From: an uncultured Chloroflexia bacterium
Lineage (GTDB): Bacteria; Chloroflexota; Anaerolineae; B4-G1; SLSP01
NCBI GenBank assembly: GCA_963751345.1
Contig: CAVVUS010000044.1
Span: forward strand, 1 to 64,000
Direction: 5' to 3'
Length of the DNA stretch: 64,000 bases
Shown here: one piece after another, positions 39,306 to 49,999 of the stretch
How the letters are laid out: every line of letters starts with the position of its first letter
Position numbering within the stretch: position 1 is the first letter of the stretch
Notes under the pieces: model-generated
Told to the model about the DNA's origin: nothing
Database searches by the model: none
The model's input: the letters and a program-made list of their open reading frames with translations, nothing else
Translations under genes and position numbers: made by a program

Positions 39306-40190
39306 CTATGTCAGCCCAGCGATACGCTTGGCAGCCGTCAGCGTGTTCTGAAGCAGCATAGCGATGGTCATGGGGCCAACACCGCGTGGCACGGGGGTGA
39401 TCCAGCTCGCGACCTCCTTGACCTGGTCAAAATCGACGTCGCCCACCAGCCGGTAGCCGCGCTTTGCCGATGGATCGTCGACGCGGTTGATGCCGACATC
39501 GATCACGACCGCACCTGGCTTGACCCAGTCTGCCTTCACCATCTGGGCCCGCCCCACGGCTGCCACCAGAATGTCGGCTCGTTTGACCACGGAGGGCAGA
39601 TCGCGGGTGCGCGAGTGGCAGATCGTCAGGGTGGCGTTTCTCTTGAGCAGGAGCATAGAGACCGGGAGTCCAACGATATTGCTGCGCCCCAGGACGACGG
39701 CTTCTTTGCCTTCGATCTCTACCCCGATCCGATCCAGCAGCTCGATAATGCCCGATGGAGTGGCCGGGGCGAAGAGGGGATCGCGTCCTTTCATCGCCAG
39801 CCGCCCGATATTGATGGGATGGAAGCCGTCCACGTCCTTCTTCAGATCGATAGCACTGAGGATGCTCTCCTCATCGAGATGGGCGGGCATGGGAAGCTGG
39901 ACGAGGATCCCGTGTATGTCCGCATCGGCATCAAGATCGCGCACTACGCTTTCCACCTCATCCTGGGATGCGTCCTTGGCCAGCTCGATGCCGACCGAGT
40001 GTATCCCCACCTCGGCACACCGGCGCCGCTTCATGCGCACGTAGGTTTGGGAACCAGGATCGTCGCCCACGAGCACCGTCGCCAGTCCGGGCACGAGGCC
40101 GCGCTCGGCCTTGAGCCGGGCGACCTCGTCGGTGATTTCCCCCTGGATGGTCTTTGCGATTGCCGTCCCGTCGATTAGCTGTCCTGTCAT
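39306..40190 (-). CDS. folD: Methylenetetrahydrofolate dehydrogenase/cyclohydrolase
   Basis: [62 protein letters not shown]. Confidence 0.98.
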   Translation of the reverse strand: MTGQLIDGTAIAKTIQGEITDEVARLKAERGLVPGLATVLVGDDPGSQTYVRMKRRRCAEVGIHSVGIELAKDASQDEVESVVRDLDADADIHGILVQLPMPAHLDEESILSAIDLKKDVDGFHPINIGRLAMKGRDPLFAPATPSGIIELLDRIGVEIEGKEAVVLGRSNIVGLPVSMLLLKRNATLTICHSRTRDLPSVVKRADILVAAVGRAQMVKADWVKPGAVVIDVGINRVDDPSAKRGYRLVGDVDFDQVKEVASWITPVPRGVGPMTIAMLLQNTLTAAKRIAGLT

Positions 40191-40250
40191 GGTTCCTCCT
40201 TCGCTGTGATAACTCGGTTTCTGGCTATCGGCCACCGTGGCGCATGGCGG

Positions 40251-42014
40251 TCACGAAAGGCCGACAATCCTTCCGTCCTTGATATCGATGTTGAGGAAGT
40301 TCGGCGAGCTGGGCAACCCCGGCATCGTGCGGATGTCACCGGCCAACGGATAGAGAAAGCCGGCGCCGACGCTGGCCCGGATATCGCGGATCGGGAAAGT
40401 GTAGCCTTTCGGAACGCCTTTCAGGGCCGGGTCGTGGCTCAGCGAGAGGTGTGTCTTGGCCATACAAATGGGCATTTTGTCATAGCCCAGGTCGGTGTAG
40501 AGCTGGATCTTGGCCTCTGCCTCGGGGCTGTAGTCCACACCGTCGGCACCGTAGACCTCACTCGCCAGCTTGTCGATCTTGTCCTTGATGGGGAGATTCA
40601 GGTCGTAGAGAAACCTGAAGTCAGCGGGTTCCTCGGTTGCGCGGACGACAGCCTGGGCCAACTCGGCAGCTCCCTCACCGCCGTCGGCCCAATGGTGGGC
40701 TACGACTGCCTCGAAGGCACCGGCCTCCATTGCTGCGTCGTGGATGACGGCCCATTCAGCCGGTGTGTCGGTGGGGAAGGCGTTGATGGCGACCACGACG
40801 GGGATTCCGAACTTCCGGGCGATGGCGATGTGTGCCTTGAGGTTGGGTGTGCCCGCCCTCAGCAGGTCGAGGTGCTCTTCCGTGTACGCCCTGTCGAGGT
40901 CGCGTCCGGGTATCACCCGTGGCCCGCCGCCGTGCATCTTGAGCGCACGGACGGTCGCCACCAGGACGACTGCGCTCGGAAGGAGCCCGGACGCGCGGCA
41001 CTTGATGTCGAAGAACTTCTCCATGCCGATGTCTGCGCCGAAGCCCGATTCAGTGACAAGGAAGTCGGCCAGTTTCACGCCGAGCTGGTCAGCGATGACC
41101 GACGAGTTGCCGTGAGCGATGTTCGCGAAGGGCCCGGCGTGCACAAAGGCAGGCTGTTCTTCGAGTGTCTGCAGCAGGTTTGGCATGATAGCGTCCATCA
41201 TCAGCACCGTCATCGCGCCGGCTGTGCCGAGATCCTCCGTTGTGATCGGCTTCGGGTTCCTGACCGCGTCGTCAGTGCCGATCACGATCCGGCCGATTCG
41301 CTCCCGCATATCCTCCAAGCTCGTCGTGAGCGCCAGGATAGCCATCAACTCGCTGGCCACACTGATATCGAAGCCGGTCTGGCGTACCGGACCGTCAGCC
41401 TTGTCGCCGAGGCCGACGATGATGCTCCGGACTGCTCGATCATTCATATCGACCACGCGATTCCAGGTCACCGAGTAGGGGTCGATGTGGAGCTTGTGAA
41501 GTCCCTGCTTCTCGAAGAAGCTGTCACTCCAGCGCCCTTCGTGGTAGATACGCGCATCAATCGCCGCCGCACAGAGGTTGTGCGCCACGCCGATCGCGTG
41601 GATATCACCCGTCAAGTGTAGATTGAAGTCCTGCATCGGCACGATTTGGCTATACCCGCCGCCCGCCGCCCCGCCCTTGATGCCAAACGTCGGTCCCATC
41701 GAAGGCTGGCGGATGGCGGCCATCGCTTTATATCCGAGGTATCCCAGGGCCTCGGTCAGGCCGACCGTGGTCGTGGTCTTGCCCTCACCCAGGGGCGTTG
41801 GCGTGATGGCGGTTACATCGATGTACTTCGCAGTGGGACGGCTCTTGAGTTTGTCCCGGACGTCGAGATGCACTTTGGCCTTGTAGTTCCCATAGAGCTC
41901 CAGGTCGCTCTCGGCAAGGCCGATCGACGCCGCGACCTCGCGGATCGGACGAATATCCGCCGCCTGCGCGATCTCAATGTCCGTCGGGACGGGTTTCACT
42001 TTTCTCACGGCCAT
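40251..42014 (-). CDS. fhs: Formate--tetrahydrofolate ligase
   Basis: [69 protein letters not shown]. Confidence 0.98.
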   Translation of the reverse strand: MAVRKVKPVPTDIEIAQAADIRPIREVAASIGLAESDLELYGNYKAKVHLDVRDKLKSRPTAKYIDVTAITPTPLGEGKTTTTVGLTEALGYLGYKAMAAIRQPSMGPTFGIKGGAAGGGYSQIVPMQDFNLHLTGDIHAIGVAHNLCAAAIDARIYHEGRWSDSFFEKQGLHKLHIDPYSVTWNRVVDMNDRAVRSIIVGLGDKADGPVRQTGFDISVASELMAILALTTSLEDMRERIGRIVIGTDDAVRNPKPITTEDLGTAGAMTVLMMDAIMPNLLQTLEEQPAFVHAGPFANIAHGNSSVIADQLGVKLADFLVTESGFGADIGMEKFFDIKCRASGLLPSAVVLVATVRALKMHGGGPRVIPGRDLDRAYTEEHLDLLRAGTPNLKAHIAIARKFGIPVVVAINAFPTDTPAEWAVIHDAAMEAGAFEAVVAHHWADGGEGAAELAQAVVRATEEPADFRFLYDLNLPIKDKIDKLASEVYGADGVDYSPEAEAKIQLYTDLGYDKMPICMAKTHLSLSHDPALKGVPKGYTFPIRDIRASVGAGFLYPLAGDIRTMPGLPSSPNFLNIDIKDGRIVGLS

Positions 42015-42038
42015 CGCTTCACCTCCTTACGAGTGCGA

Positions 42039-42470
42039 CTAGAAAGCACCGATCTGGCAACTTGCGATCTTTACGCTGAGTCGTTCCGCCACCCAGCCGA
42101 TCTGCATGCGCGAAATGCCAAACTCGCTCGCGAGGCGCCACGCCTCAGCGCAGGCGAGATGCCCTTCCGATCTGCTGGCCGCCACTATGGCGGCCTCCAG
42201 GCCGTCGGGTGTGTCAAGCGCCTCGACGCCGCTGGCCTGCCAGCCGTGTTTCCCCGGATAGCCGAAGAGCCCCAACTGGCACCGAGTGAACCTGACCCTC
42301 ATCAGATCGGCTGTCTGTCCGACGGCTGAAGGCTTGACGCCGAGGGCCTGCGCTACGGCGAATGCGTCCGCGCAGCCAAGTTTCTCCTCTGTCAGAGCGT
42401 CGTGGATGGCCGCTGCGATGGTGGCATCCGGCGCGACGTCCGGCGGCAGCTTCTTGTCTTTGAGTGCCAT
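42039..42470 (-). CDS. Conserved hypothetical protein with two Cys-containing internal repeats
   Basis: LGCADAF...RCQLGLF and LACAEAW...SCQIGAF; GGGAGG RBS. Confidence 0.8.
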   Translation of the reverse strand: MALKDKKLPPDVAPDATIAAAIHDALTEEKLGCADAFAVAQALGVKPSAVGQTADLMRVRFTRCQLGLFGYPGKHGWQASGVEALDTPDGLEAAIVAASRSEGHLACAEAWRLASEFGISRMQIGWVAERLSVKIASCQIGAF

Positions 42471-42606
42471 ATAGCCCTCCCAATCACGATTGTGGCTTCA
42501 CGAACCCTGTGGTCCCCAGGATATACTCGATGGTCGCCGGGCACAAGTGACGACCTGCCGGCGGAACAACGAGCGTCTCGCGGTGCCTCGCCGTCGCACT
42601 TAGGGG

Positions 42607-42634
42607 TTGACGGACGTATCTCCGACTCTATAAT
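42607..42634 (+). promoter_or_regulatory. Sigma70-type promoter of the two-component operon
   Basis: TTGACG-16 bp-TATAAT. Confidence 0.65.
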
Positions 42635-42708
42635 TCCTGTTGGAGGCAGAGAAGGTTGTCGTTCCCACTATGTCGGTCTAGCGCCGCGAGCGCTTCGGAG
42701 GTTGCCGG

Positions 42709-43407
42709 ATGGCCAGGCACATTCTAGTCGTCGATGACGATGCCCTCCTGCGCCGCAGCCTGGCCTTCAACCTGGACAAGGCCGGATATCGCGTCAGTAC
42801 AGCGAGATCAGCCGAGGATGCCTTGGCGACGTCGCAGCTCGACCCACCGGATTTGGTCCTCCTCGATATCGGACTTCCCGGCATGGATGGTCTCGACGCC
42901 TTGCGTCGCCTCCGTCAGTACGGGGACGTCCCCGTGATCTTCCTCTCTGCACGGCGGCGCGAACTGGATCAAGTCCTCGGCCTGGAGCTGGGTGGCGACG
43001 ACTATGTGACCAAACCCTTCGATGCTGACGTGCTGCTCGCACGTATCAAGGCTGTCCTTCGCAGGAGTGGGGTGGATGGCGATGTGGGCATCCAGGTGGA
43101 GCCCCTCACGGTGGGCGACCTGACCATCAACCCTGCGGCCCATACGGTTGCGGTGAACGGCACGTATGTGGACCTCTCACCCCGCGAGTTCGATCTGCTC
43201 TATGCACTGGCCCAGGAGGCGGGTCGACCGGTTTCCGTCGACGGATTGCTTGCGCGGGTGTGGGGGGCCGAATACGCCGGTGAGCCACAGGTGGTCTACG
43301 TGCACGTCCGTTGGCTGCGGGAGAAACTCGAACCGGAGCCGAGTGCGCCCCGCCGTATTCTCACGGTTCGGGGTGTGGGCTACAAGCTGGTACCATATGA
43401 AGCCTAG
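42709..43407 (+). CDS. OmpR/PhoB family response regulator
   Basis: ILVVDDD, LLDIGLP, GGDDYVTKPF, wHTH (LSPREFDLL, VHVRWLREKLE, TVRGVGYK). Confidence 0.96.
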   Translation: MARHILVVDDDALLRRSLAFNLDKAGYRVSTARSAEDALATSQLDPPDLVLLDIGLPGMDGLDALRRLRQYGDVPVIFLSARRRELDQVLGLELGGDDYVTKPFDADVLLARIKAVLRRSGVDGDVGIQVEPLTVGDLTINPAAHTVAVNGTYVDLSPREFDLLYALAQEAGRPVSVDGLLARVWGAEYAGEPQVVYVHVRWLREKLEPEPSAPRRILTVRGVGYKLVPYEA

Positions 43408-45217
43408 GGGCGGGTGGCTGCGGTCGCTGCGGGCACGGTCCGTGCTTAGCCATATCGTGCCGATATTGGTCGTGATCCCGATCGTCGGCATCGCGCTGAC
43501 GTATTTGCTGGGGACCCAAGTGCTGCTGGCGAGTCTTTCCAATGACCTGGAGCGCCAGGCCGGTTTGGTTGCTGCTGCTGCGGTGGCGTATCCGCAGGTG
43601 TGGTTCGATCAGAACGAGGCCCGGGCGTTCACGGCCCTGGTCGGCGAGCGTCTGACGGCGCAGGTAGCCCTGGTGGATCCGTCGGGCACCCTCCTGGCGA
43701 CGACCGACCCAGCCGAACAGGCGCTCGTGGGTCAACAATTGCAGCTTACCGGTCTGTCGGAAGCCTTGGCTACCGGGCAGATCGTCCGCGTGAACTACGG
43801 CGAGCAGCCCGGTACGGGCGCGGCCGAGGTATTGGTTCCGGTATTCGTCAACGGTCGGATCGCAGGCGTGATCCGGTTGACGGATCCGCTGTCGAGCGTG
43901 TACGCGCGGTTCCCGAGGACGCGCGCGCTCATCATCGGGGTCCTCGCTGCCGGACTGCTCGTAGGCGTCGGGATTGGTTGGTTCCTGGCTCTGAGCCTGG
44001 AGCGTCCCCTGGCGCAGGCCACCCAGGCGATCACGAAGATGTCGGGCGGAGAGCCACTCACGCAGCTTCCGGAACAGGGACCACAGGAGATCCGGCTGCT
44101 CCTTCGCGCCTTCAATACGCTGACGGGTCAACTGCGGAGCCTAGAGAAGGCGCGCCGGCGACTGCTGGCCAACCTCGTGCACGAGATCGGCCGCCCGCTG
44201 GGCGCGTTGCTCTCCGCGGCGCAGGCGCTTCGTGGCGGTGCCGACGAGGACCCGGATCTTCGTCGCGAACTCGTCGCGGGCATGGAGGTCGAGGTCGCCC
44301 AGATGCGGCACGTGCTGGACGATCTGACCCACCTCTACGATCGTACGATAGGCCCATTGGAGCTCGAGCGCAGACCTGTCGATCTGCGGGTCTGGCTTGC
44401 CCAGGCCATTGTGCCCTGGCGCGAGTCCGCCCAGAACAACGGTCTGACCTGGCAGGTGGCGCTTTCGCCCGACCTTCCTGAGGTGCGGATCGATGGGGAT
44501 CGGCTCGCGTCGGCGCTGGGGAACATCCTTAGCAACGCCATCAAGTTCACGCCGTCTGGCGGCGAGGTCGCGGTTTCCGCAGGTATGGAGGGTGACGAGG
44601 TTTGGGTCAGCGTCCGCGACACCGGGCCAGGCATCCCGTCTGAAGAGCTTGGTCGTATCTTCGTCCCGTTCTACCGAGGCGCGACGGGACGCCGGTTCCC
44701 ACAGGGCATGGGGCTTGGCCTGAGCATTGCGCGTGATGTGGTCAGCGCGCACGATGGTCGCATTACGGTCGAGAGCGATGTAGGGTTGGGGAGCGCCTTC
44801 ACGATCTGGCTGCCTGCGCCCTCGCCGAGGTTGGTGAATTGGAGAGCCCTGCCACCTCGGTTCCTGCTCAACCACCCTCATCGAGCCTCGCGGAGGCTTA
44901 AGGTCCTCTTAAGGTATCCTGTCACTCCTCTTAAGGACATCGCGCTCCTCCTGTGTTACGCTGATGACAACACTGAAAGTGGGTCATCACGGGTCCGCAA
45001 GGAACCCATAGGAATACAGGAGGAACGAGATGGTGAGGAAAAGACCTTTGGCGTGGATATCGTTGGTCGTGGCTTTTGCCGTGACCGCATTGACCGGCTG
45101 TGGAGCTGCCAGCCCGCTGGCTGCCCAGGTTGTCTCGGCGAATCAGCAGACGGCTCAGACTGCACAGAACGCACCTGCCGCATCGGCGCCGGCCTCGGGA
45201 TCGGCGCAGACGATTAG
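43397..45217 (+). CDS. HAMP sensor histidine kinase; the HATPase domain ends near 44820 and the sequenced frame reads on into htrA
   Basis: Two TM helices, HAMP, VHEIGRPL, NILSNAIKFT, DTGPGI, GMGLGLSIA, GSAFTIWLP. True stop is probably near 44837, with an indel suspected. Confidence 0.88.
   Translation: MKPRGGWLRSLRARSVLSHIVPILVVIPIVGIALTYLLGTQVLLASLSNDLERQAGLVAAAAVAYPQVWFDQNEARAFTALVGERLTAQVALVDPSGTLLATTDPAEQALVGQQLQLTGLSEALATGQIVRVNYGEQPGTGAAEVLVPVFVNGRIAGVIRLTDPLSSVYARFPRTRALIIGVLAAGLLVGVGIGWFLALSLERPLAQATQAITKMSGGEPLTQLPEQGPQEIRLLLRAFNTLTGQLRSLEKARRRLLANLVHEIGRPLGALLSAAQALRGGADEDPDLRRELVAGMEVEVAQMRHVLDDLTHLYDRTIGPLELERRPVDLRVWLAQAIVPWRESAQNNGLTWQVALSPDLPEVRIDGDRLASALGNILSNAIKFTPSGGEVAVSAGMEGDEVWVSVRDTGPGIPSEELGRIFVPFYRGATGRRFPQGMGLGLSIARDVVSAHDGRITVESDVGLGSAFTIWLPAPSPRLVNWRALPPRFLLNHPHRASRRLKVLLRYPVTPLKDIALLLCYADDNTESGSSRVRKEPIGIQEERDGEEKTFGVDIVGRGFCRDRIDRLWSCQPAGCPGCLGESADGSDCTERTCRIGAGLGIGADD
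44897..44936 (+). promoter_or_regulatory. 11-bp-phased direct repeats, candidate response-regulator site upstream of htrA
   Basis: CTTAAGG at 44897, 44908 and 44930; CTGTCAC at 44919. Confidence 0.6.
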
Positions 45218-46682
45218 TTCGGGCGTCATCGCAGGCCTGGAGAGCGCGCTGGAGCAGGTCTATACAAACGTAAGCCCTTCGGTCGTCTACATTGAGGTGC
45301 GGCAGGCAGGGACGGCGGCGCAGAATCTCCCGGGCTTCCCCTTCAGCACACCCCAGAGCCCCAATGGAACTCCCCAGTACCAGTATGGCTCCGGATCGGG
45401 TTTTGTCTGGGATATGTCCGGTGACATCGTGACCAACAACCACGTTGTCAATGGTGCAGACCAGATCATGGTGACATTCTCCGACGGCACGACGGTGCCG
45501 GCGACCGTCGTTGGCACGAACCCTGACAGCGATCTCGCCGTCATCAAGGTCGACGTGTCATCCAGCCTGCTTCACCCCGTGACGATGGGAGACTCCACGG
45601 CGGTCAAGGTTGGCGAGGTAGCGATTGCCATCGGCAATCCTTACGGCCTGGAGAGCACGATGACCGTGGGATTCATCAGTGGGCTTGGACGCTCGCTGCC
45701 CGTGCAGTCGTCGTCGAACAGCGCCGGCCCGACGTACAGCATTCCGGATGTTATCCAGACGGATGCGCCGATCAATCCCGGCAACTCCGGTGGCGTCCTG
45801 CTCAATGACCAAGGCGAGGTCGTGGGCGTGACTGCAGCCATCGAGTCAGCGTCCGGGGCTTCGGCGGGGGTCGGTTTCGTGATCCCGTCGGCGATCGTCG
45901 AGAAGGTCGTGCCCAGCCTGATCGACCAGGGATCCTATGCCGTGCCTTATCTGGGAATCAGTGGCGCGACACTTGACACACAGCTCGCCACCGCGATGAA
46001 CCTTGATCCCAATCAGCACGGTGTGCTGGTGGCGGACGTGGCGGCGGGTGGCCCAGCCGCTCTGGGTGGCCTACTTGGCAGCACGAACACGGCTACCATC
46101 GATGGACAGCAGGTTCAGGTCGGAGGTGACGTGATCGTCGCGATCGACGGCCACAACTTGAAGACCTTCGAGGACCTGGTCGCCTATCTCTGGGACAGCA
46201 CTCAGGTGGGCCAGCAGGTGACGTTGACCGTACTGAGGAACGGTCAGAGCCAGCAGATTGACGTCACGCTCCAGGCGCGGCCCGGAGCGCAGGTGGCCAC
46301 CGCCCCGCAGACAACGCAGGGTGAGACGAATCAGAGCGCCTGGCTCGGCATCACCGGGACGACGCTCTCTGCCGATATCGCGACCGCGATGGGGTTGCCC
46401 CAGAATCAGCAGGGGGTTCTGGTGAACGATATCGTGGCCGGCAGCCCGGCAGACCAGGCCGGGCTGCAGGGGGGTGGTACGACGACCACCATCGGTGGGC
46501 AGAGCGTAAGGATTGGGGGGGACGTGATCGTCGGCTGGGATAGCACGACAGTCACCGATTACACGCAGCTTCAGGGGCTTGTGGCGGCAGCACAGCCTGG
46601 GCAGACTGTCACGCTGCATATCCTGCGGAACGGATCGTCGATGACGCTTCAGGCCCAGCTTTCGGCCCGGCCGACGTCGTAG
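45030..46682 (+). CDS. htrA: HtrA/DegP family lipoprotein protease with two PDZ domains
   Basis: LTGC lipobox, GSGFV, TNNHVV, DLAVIKV, IQTDAPINPGNSGG, two PDZ (YLGISG, WLGITG); AGGAGG RBS. Confidence 0.95.
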   Translation: MVRKRPLAWISLVVAFAVTALTGCGAASPLAAQVVSANQQTAQTAQNAPAASAPASGSAQTISSGVIAGLESALEQVYTNVSPSVVYIEVRQAGTAAQNLPGFPFSTPQSPNGTPQYQYGSGSGFVWDMSGDIVTNNHVVNGADQIMVTFSDGTTVPATVVGTNPDSDLAVIKVDVSSSLLHPVTMGDSTAVKVGEVAIAIGNPYGLESTMTVGFISGLGRSLPVQSSSNSAGPTYSIPDVIQTDAPINPGNSGGVLLNDQGEVVGVTAAIESASGASAGVGFVIPSAIVEKVVPSLIDQGSYAVPYLGISGATLDTQLATAMNLDPNQHGVLVADVAAGGPAALGGLLGSTNTATIDGQQVQVGGDVIVAIDGHNLKTFEDLVAYLWDSTQVGQQVTLTVLRNGQSQQIDVTLQARPGAQVATAPQTTQGETNQSAWLGITGTTLSADIATAMGLPQNQQGVLVNDIVAGSPADQAGLQGGGTTTTIGGQSVRIGGDVIVGWDSTTVTDYTQLQGLVAAAQPGQTVTLHILRNGSSMTLQAQLSARPTS

Positions 46683-46704
46683 TCCATCTCGTACCTCTGT
46701 TGGA

Positions 46705-46738
46705 CACAAGCGCTCCGGGGAAACCCGGGGCGCTTGTG
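46705..46738 (+). terminator. Hairpin after htrA
   Basis: CACAAGCGCTCCGGG-GAAA-CCCGGGGCGCTTGTG. Confidence 0.7.
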
Positions 46739-46825
46739 ACGTTGTGGCGACGGCTGCGTTCCGTGCTACACTGACCTCGTCGCCATTTGGCTAACAGCGT
46801 GGTCTTAGTCGAGGGAGGGAGAGGT

Positions 46826-47293
46826 ATGTGGCAGGAGTTCAAGAAGTTCGTAGCTCGTGGCAACGTCATGGACCTGGCAATCGGCATCGTCATAGGCAGC
46901 GCGTTCGGCGCCATCGTCCAGTCACTCGTGAAGGATATCATCATGCCGCCGATCGGTCTGCTCCTCGGCAAGGTGGACTTTTCGAGTCTCTACATCAATC
47001 TGTCGGGCCAGTCGTATCCGACCCTGGATGCTGCCCAGCAAGCGGGTGCCGCCACCATCAACTACGGCCTCTTCATCAACACGATCATCAATTTCCTGAT
47101 CATCGCCTTCGCCATCTTCCTGATAGTCCAACAGGTGAACAAGCTCTCGCGGAAACCGGAAGCTGCGGCGGCACCGACGACGAAGAAGTGCTCCTATTGC
47201 TTCACGGATATCCCGGTTGCCGCCACGCGGTGCCCGAATTGCACGTCGAAGCTGGAGGTGCCCGCCACCGATCCCGCGGGCGCAGCTGACTGA
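46826..47293 (+). CDS. mscL: Large-conductance mechanosensitive channel with C-terminal zinc ribbon
   Basis: [46 protein letters not shown]. Confidence 0.96.
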   Translation: MWQEFKKFVARGNVMDLAIGIVIGSAFGAIVQSLVKDIIMPPIGLLLGKVDFSSLYINLSGQSYPTLDAAQQAGAATINYGLFINTIINFLIIAFAIFLIVQQVNKLSRKPEAAAAPTTKKCSYCFTDIPVAATRCPNCTSKLEVPATDPAGAAD

Positions 47294-47341
47294 CGGGGTC
47301 CCGGGCCGCCGAAGCGATCTGCGCCTCTGTGTAGGGGTCAG

Positions 47342-48722
47342 TCAGTCGCCCGTGCCCAGCACGCTGTTCAGGAACCTCCTGACGAAGCCTGGCGGCTCTT
47401 CAGCGTGAACTTCGGCCGTCTGACCACTGATGGCCACGGTATAGGTGATGCCGTCATACCGGTAGTTGGCAATCCATATGGGCACCAGCAGCAGCTTGTA
47501 GGTCTGGACGGAGAGGCTGCGCGAGAAGATCTTCAAGTCCTGTAACTTGCCCACCTCGCTCTCCGCCTGACGTTCGACGTCGGAGCGCGCGTGATCGAGT
47601 ACGCGGCGGCGGGCGACCAGCGAGGCATCGGACACGGTGATTTCGTGGATCTCTGCGGGCCAGTCGGCCAAGTAGGCGGGGTCGTAGGGAACCGCCGCGC
47701 TCAGGTCGAAGCGCTCAAAGATCTCGTGCAAGGCATAGGGGACCCTATGGGTCGCGGGCACGACGACGTCGCCGACCAGCACGTAGTGGTCGCCCTCGCG
47801 AACAGCCGAACCGCCGGCAAGTTGGCGCGGCTGGCGTGCTTGCGGGCCGCCAAAGGCGGAGATCAGGCTTCCGAAGTCGTCGTGGTCGTCGGCCTCGATG
47901 CCACGCCAGCCAAGGTTGCCCATCAGGTCAAACGTCCACATCGGCAGGTAGAGCCCTCGCGCCCTGGTCAGGCTGCACCTGCCGGTCTCCCGCCTTGTGA
48001 TCGAGCCAGGTACGGAACGCGCGCTGCGCCTGTGTGGCCTCGACCGCGAACGGGATCAGGCCTTCAGGTTGGACCATCGCCGGCGAATCGACCTCGACGA
48101 TGTGGCTCGATCCGCAGTAAGGGCAACGCGCTGAGAGTTCGAGCTTGGCCACGAGCGTGGCCTGGCATCCCTGGCAGCGATAGACGCGCGTCCCGGCTGG
48201 AAGCGCGTGGCCTATCGTGGTGGCGTTGGCGACCACAAAGTCATCCTCGTCGATCTGTCCGGCACCTCGAAGGGCCGACAGGGCCGGTGCACGATAGCCG
48301 CAGTAGGCGCACTCGACCACGGCCTTCGCGGGCTCGAAGCGCATCTGTCCCGCGCACTGAGGACAGATCATGCGTGTCGCTTCTACGGGCCTGGGGTCTG
48401 CAGGCGCCGTCCCGCCTGCGGGCGGCGCAACCGGCGCGTTGGGATCCACGATCTGTCCGGGATCCAACCGACCGTCCAGGATGGCGAACTCGCGGTGAGC
48501 CTCCGCGTCGGTTGGATCGATCGCCAGCACCGACTCGAGGTGATCCCGTTTCTCCTCAGGGTCCTCGGTGATACGGCTCAGCCACAGGTGGGCCTGGGCG
48601 ATCTGACCGTAATCGCCATCCAGGGTCAGTGCGCGTTCGAGATAACTGCGTCCCTCATGTAACTCCCCCGCACGGATGGCGGCAATGCCATAGACCAGCA
48701 TTCTGCGGACGGTTTCGGACAC
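47342..48722 (-). CDS. TPR plus multiple zinc-ribbon protein; frameshift near 47960
   Basis: AHLWLS..LESVLAIDP, CPQC/CAYC, CQGC/CPYC, PEGLIPF, then WTFD..LLLVPIWIANYRY..ISGQT. Confidence 0.78.
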
Positions 48723-48737
48723 GGCGGTCCTCCTTCA

Positions 48738-49970
48738 CTAGGGCTGGTAGACCACGGGATCCTGCGGGACGCCGTTGTAGCGAATCTCGAAGTGCAGGTG
48801 TGGGCCTGTCGAGTTGCCGGTGGTGCCACAGTAGCCTAGGAGTTGGCCCTGTGCCACAGCCTGTCCGAGGGCTACGGCGTAGCTGTTGAAGTGCCCGTAG
48901 TACGTGATGAACCCGTTGCCATGATCCACCCGCACCAAATTGCCGTAGCCACCGTTCCATCCGGCGGTGATCACCGTGCCGCCATCTGCGGCGTAGATGG
49001 GGTCGTTCAAGTGACAGCGGTAGTCGAGGCCGATGTGAGTTGGGTTGCGGGGGCCGTGGAAGGTGTAGCCCGAGACTTCGTAGGATCCCGTAGGGAGGAT
49101 GAAGTATCCGTTGGCGATGGCGTTCGCGGGCGGCGACACCGGCTCCGAAGGCGGCCGGGCGGCTCCCGTGCTGAGCGACGGGACCGGGGTCGGCGGCAGT
49201 GGCGGCTCCCAATCGAAGTCGGGACCGATGCCGCCGGGGATCAGCAGCATCGTGCCTTCGGCAAGTAGCTGGCCTGGCTCGACGGTGTTCCACGTATTGT
49301 ACAAGGCAGACGTGTCCACTTCATAGGTTTGGGCAATGTCGGCGGGCGTTTCGCCGGCCTGGACGGTGTGGTAGACCGCATCGACCGGTGGGATCTGCAA
49401 GGGCAGGCCGGGTTGAAGCAGCCATGGCGCGCCCTGGAGCACCTCCATGTTGGACCAGACGATAGTGTAGGGGGAGAGCTCGAACTGCTCGGCTATGCCG
49501 AAAACGGTGTCCCCTTCTTGCACCACGTACGTGATCACGTCAAGGCGCGGCCGCTTCGGCACCGTCGTGTCAGGCTTGGCCTGACGGGTGATGCCCGATG
49601 CGAGCTGCCCGGAGACCGCCCGCGGCGATTCGTAGCCGACCTCATTGCTGTTGGCCGTCGGGAGGGGTGTCTGCTCAGACGTCATTCCCGCCGGTGCGAC
49701 ACGAGCCTCGGGTGGTTCGAGCGCCAGTGTGGCCAGAGGCTGCAGGTTTTTCACGACGCCCACCGCCAGGGCCAGTGTAACGATGGCCAAATGGGCACTG
49801 TACCTGCCAAGGATGGCGTTGAGCCGCGGTCGCTGTGCTAACGTGTTCCGCAGTGAGGTCAGGACACACGATATTCTGGTTGTTAGCCTGCCGGCCAAGG
49901 CAAAGGCCGTATTGAGCGGGATAAGCTTCTCACGCTCGGCAGGCTGTCCTTCAGACGCGTCGCTATTCAC
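48738..49970 (-). CDS. LysM plus M23 peptidoglycan endopeptidase
   Basis: Two LysM (YVVQEGDT, HTVQAGET), HIGLD, GYGNLVRVDH, GNSTGPHLHFEIR. Confidence 0.94.
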   Translation of the reverse strand: MNSDASEGQPAEREKLIPLNTAFALAGRLTTRISCVLTSLRNTLAQRPRLNAILGRYSAHLAIVTLALAVGVVKNLQPLATLALEPPEARVAPAGMTSEQTPLPTANSNEVGYESPRAVSGQLASGITRQAKPDTTVPKRPRLDVITYVVQEGDTVFGIAEQFELSPYTIVWSNMEVLQGAPWLLQPGLPLQIPPVDAVYHTVQAGETPADIAQTYEVDTSALYNTWNTVEPGQLLAEGTMLLIPGGIGPDFDWEPPLPPTPVPSLSTGAARPPSEPVSPPANAIANGYFILPTGSYEVSGYTFHGPRNPTHIGLDYRCHLNDPIYAADGGTVITAGWNGGYGNLVRVDHGNGFITYYGHFNSYAVALGQAVAQGQLLGYCGTTGNSTGPHLHFEIRYNGVPQDPVVYQP

Positions 49971-49999
49971 GGATAATCACTCCGAACTATGGGATTACG

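Noticed and set aside
44838-45217. Genuine 130-aa C-terminal extension of the histidine kinase overlapping htrA
   Set aside because: It crosses a regulatory-looking region and the htrA RBS; a lost stop from an indel is more likely.
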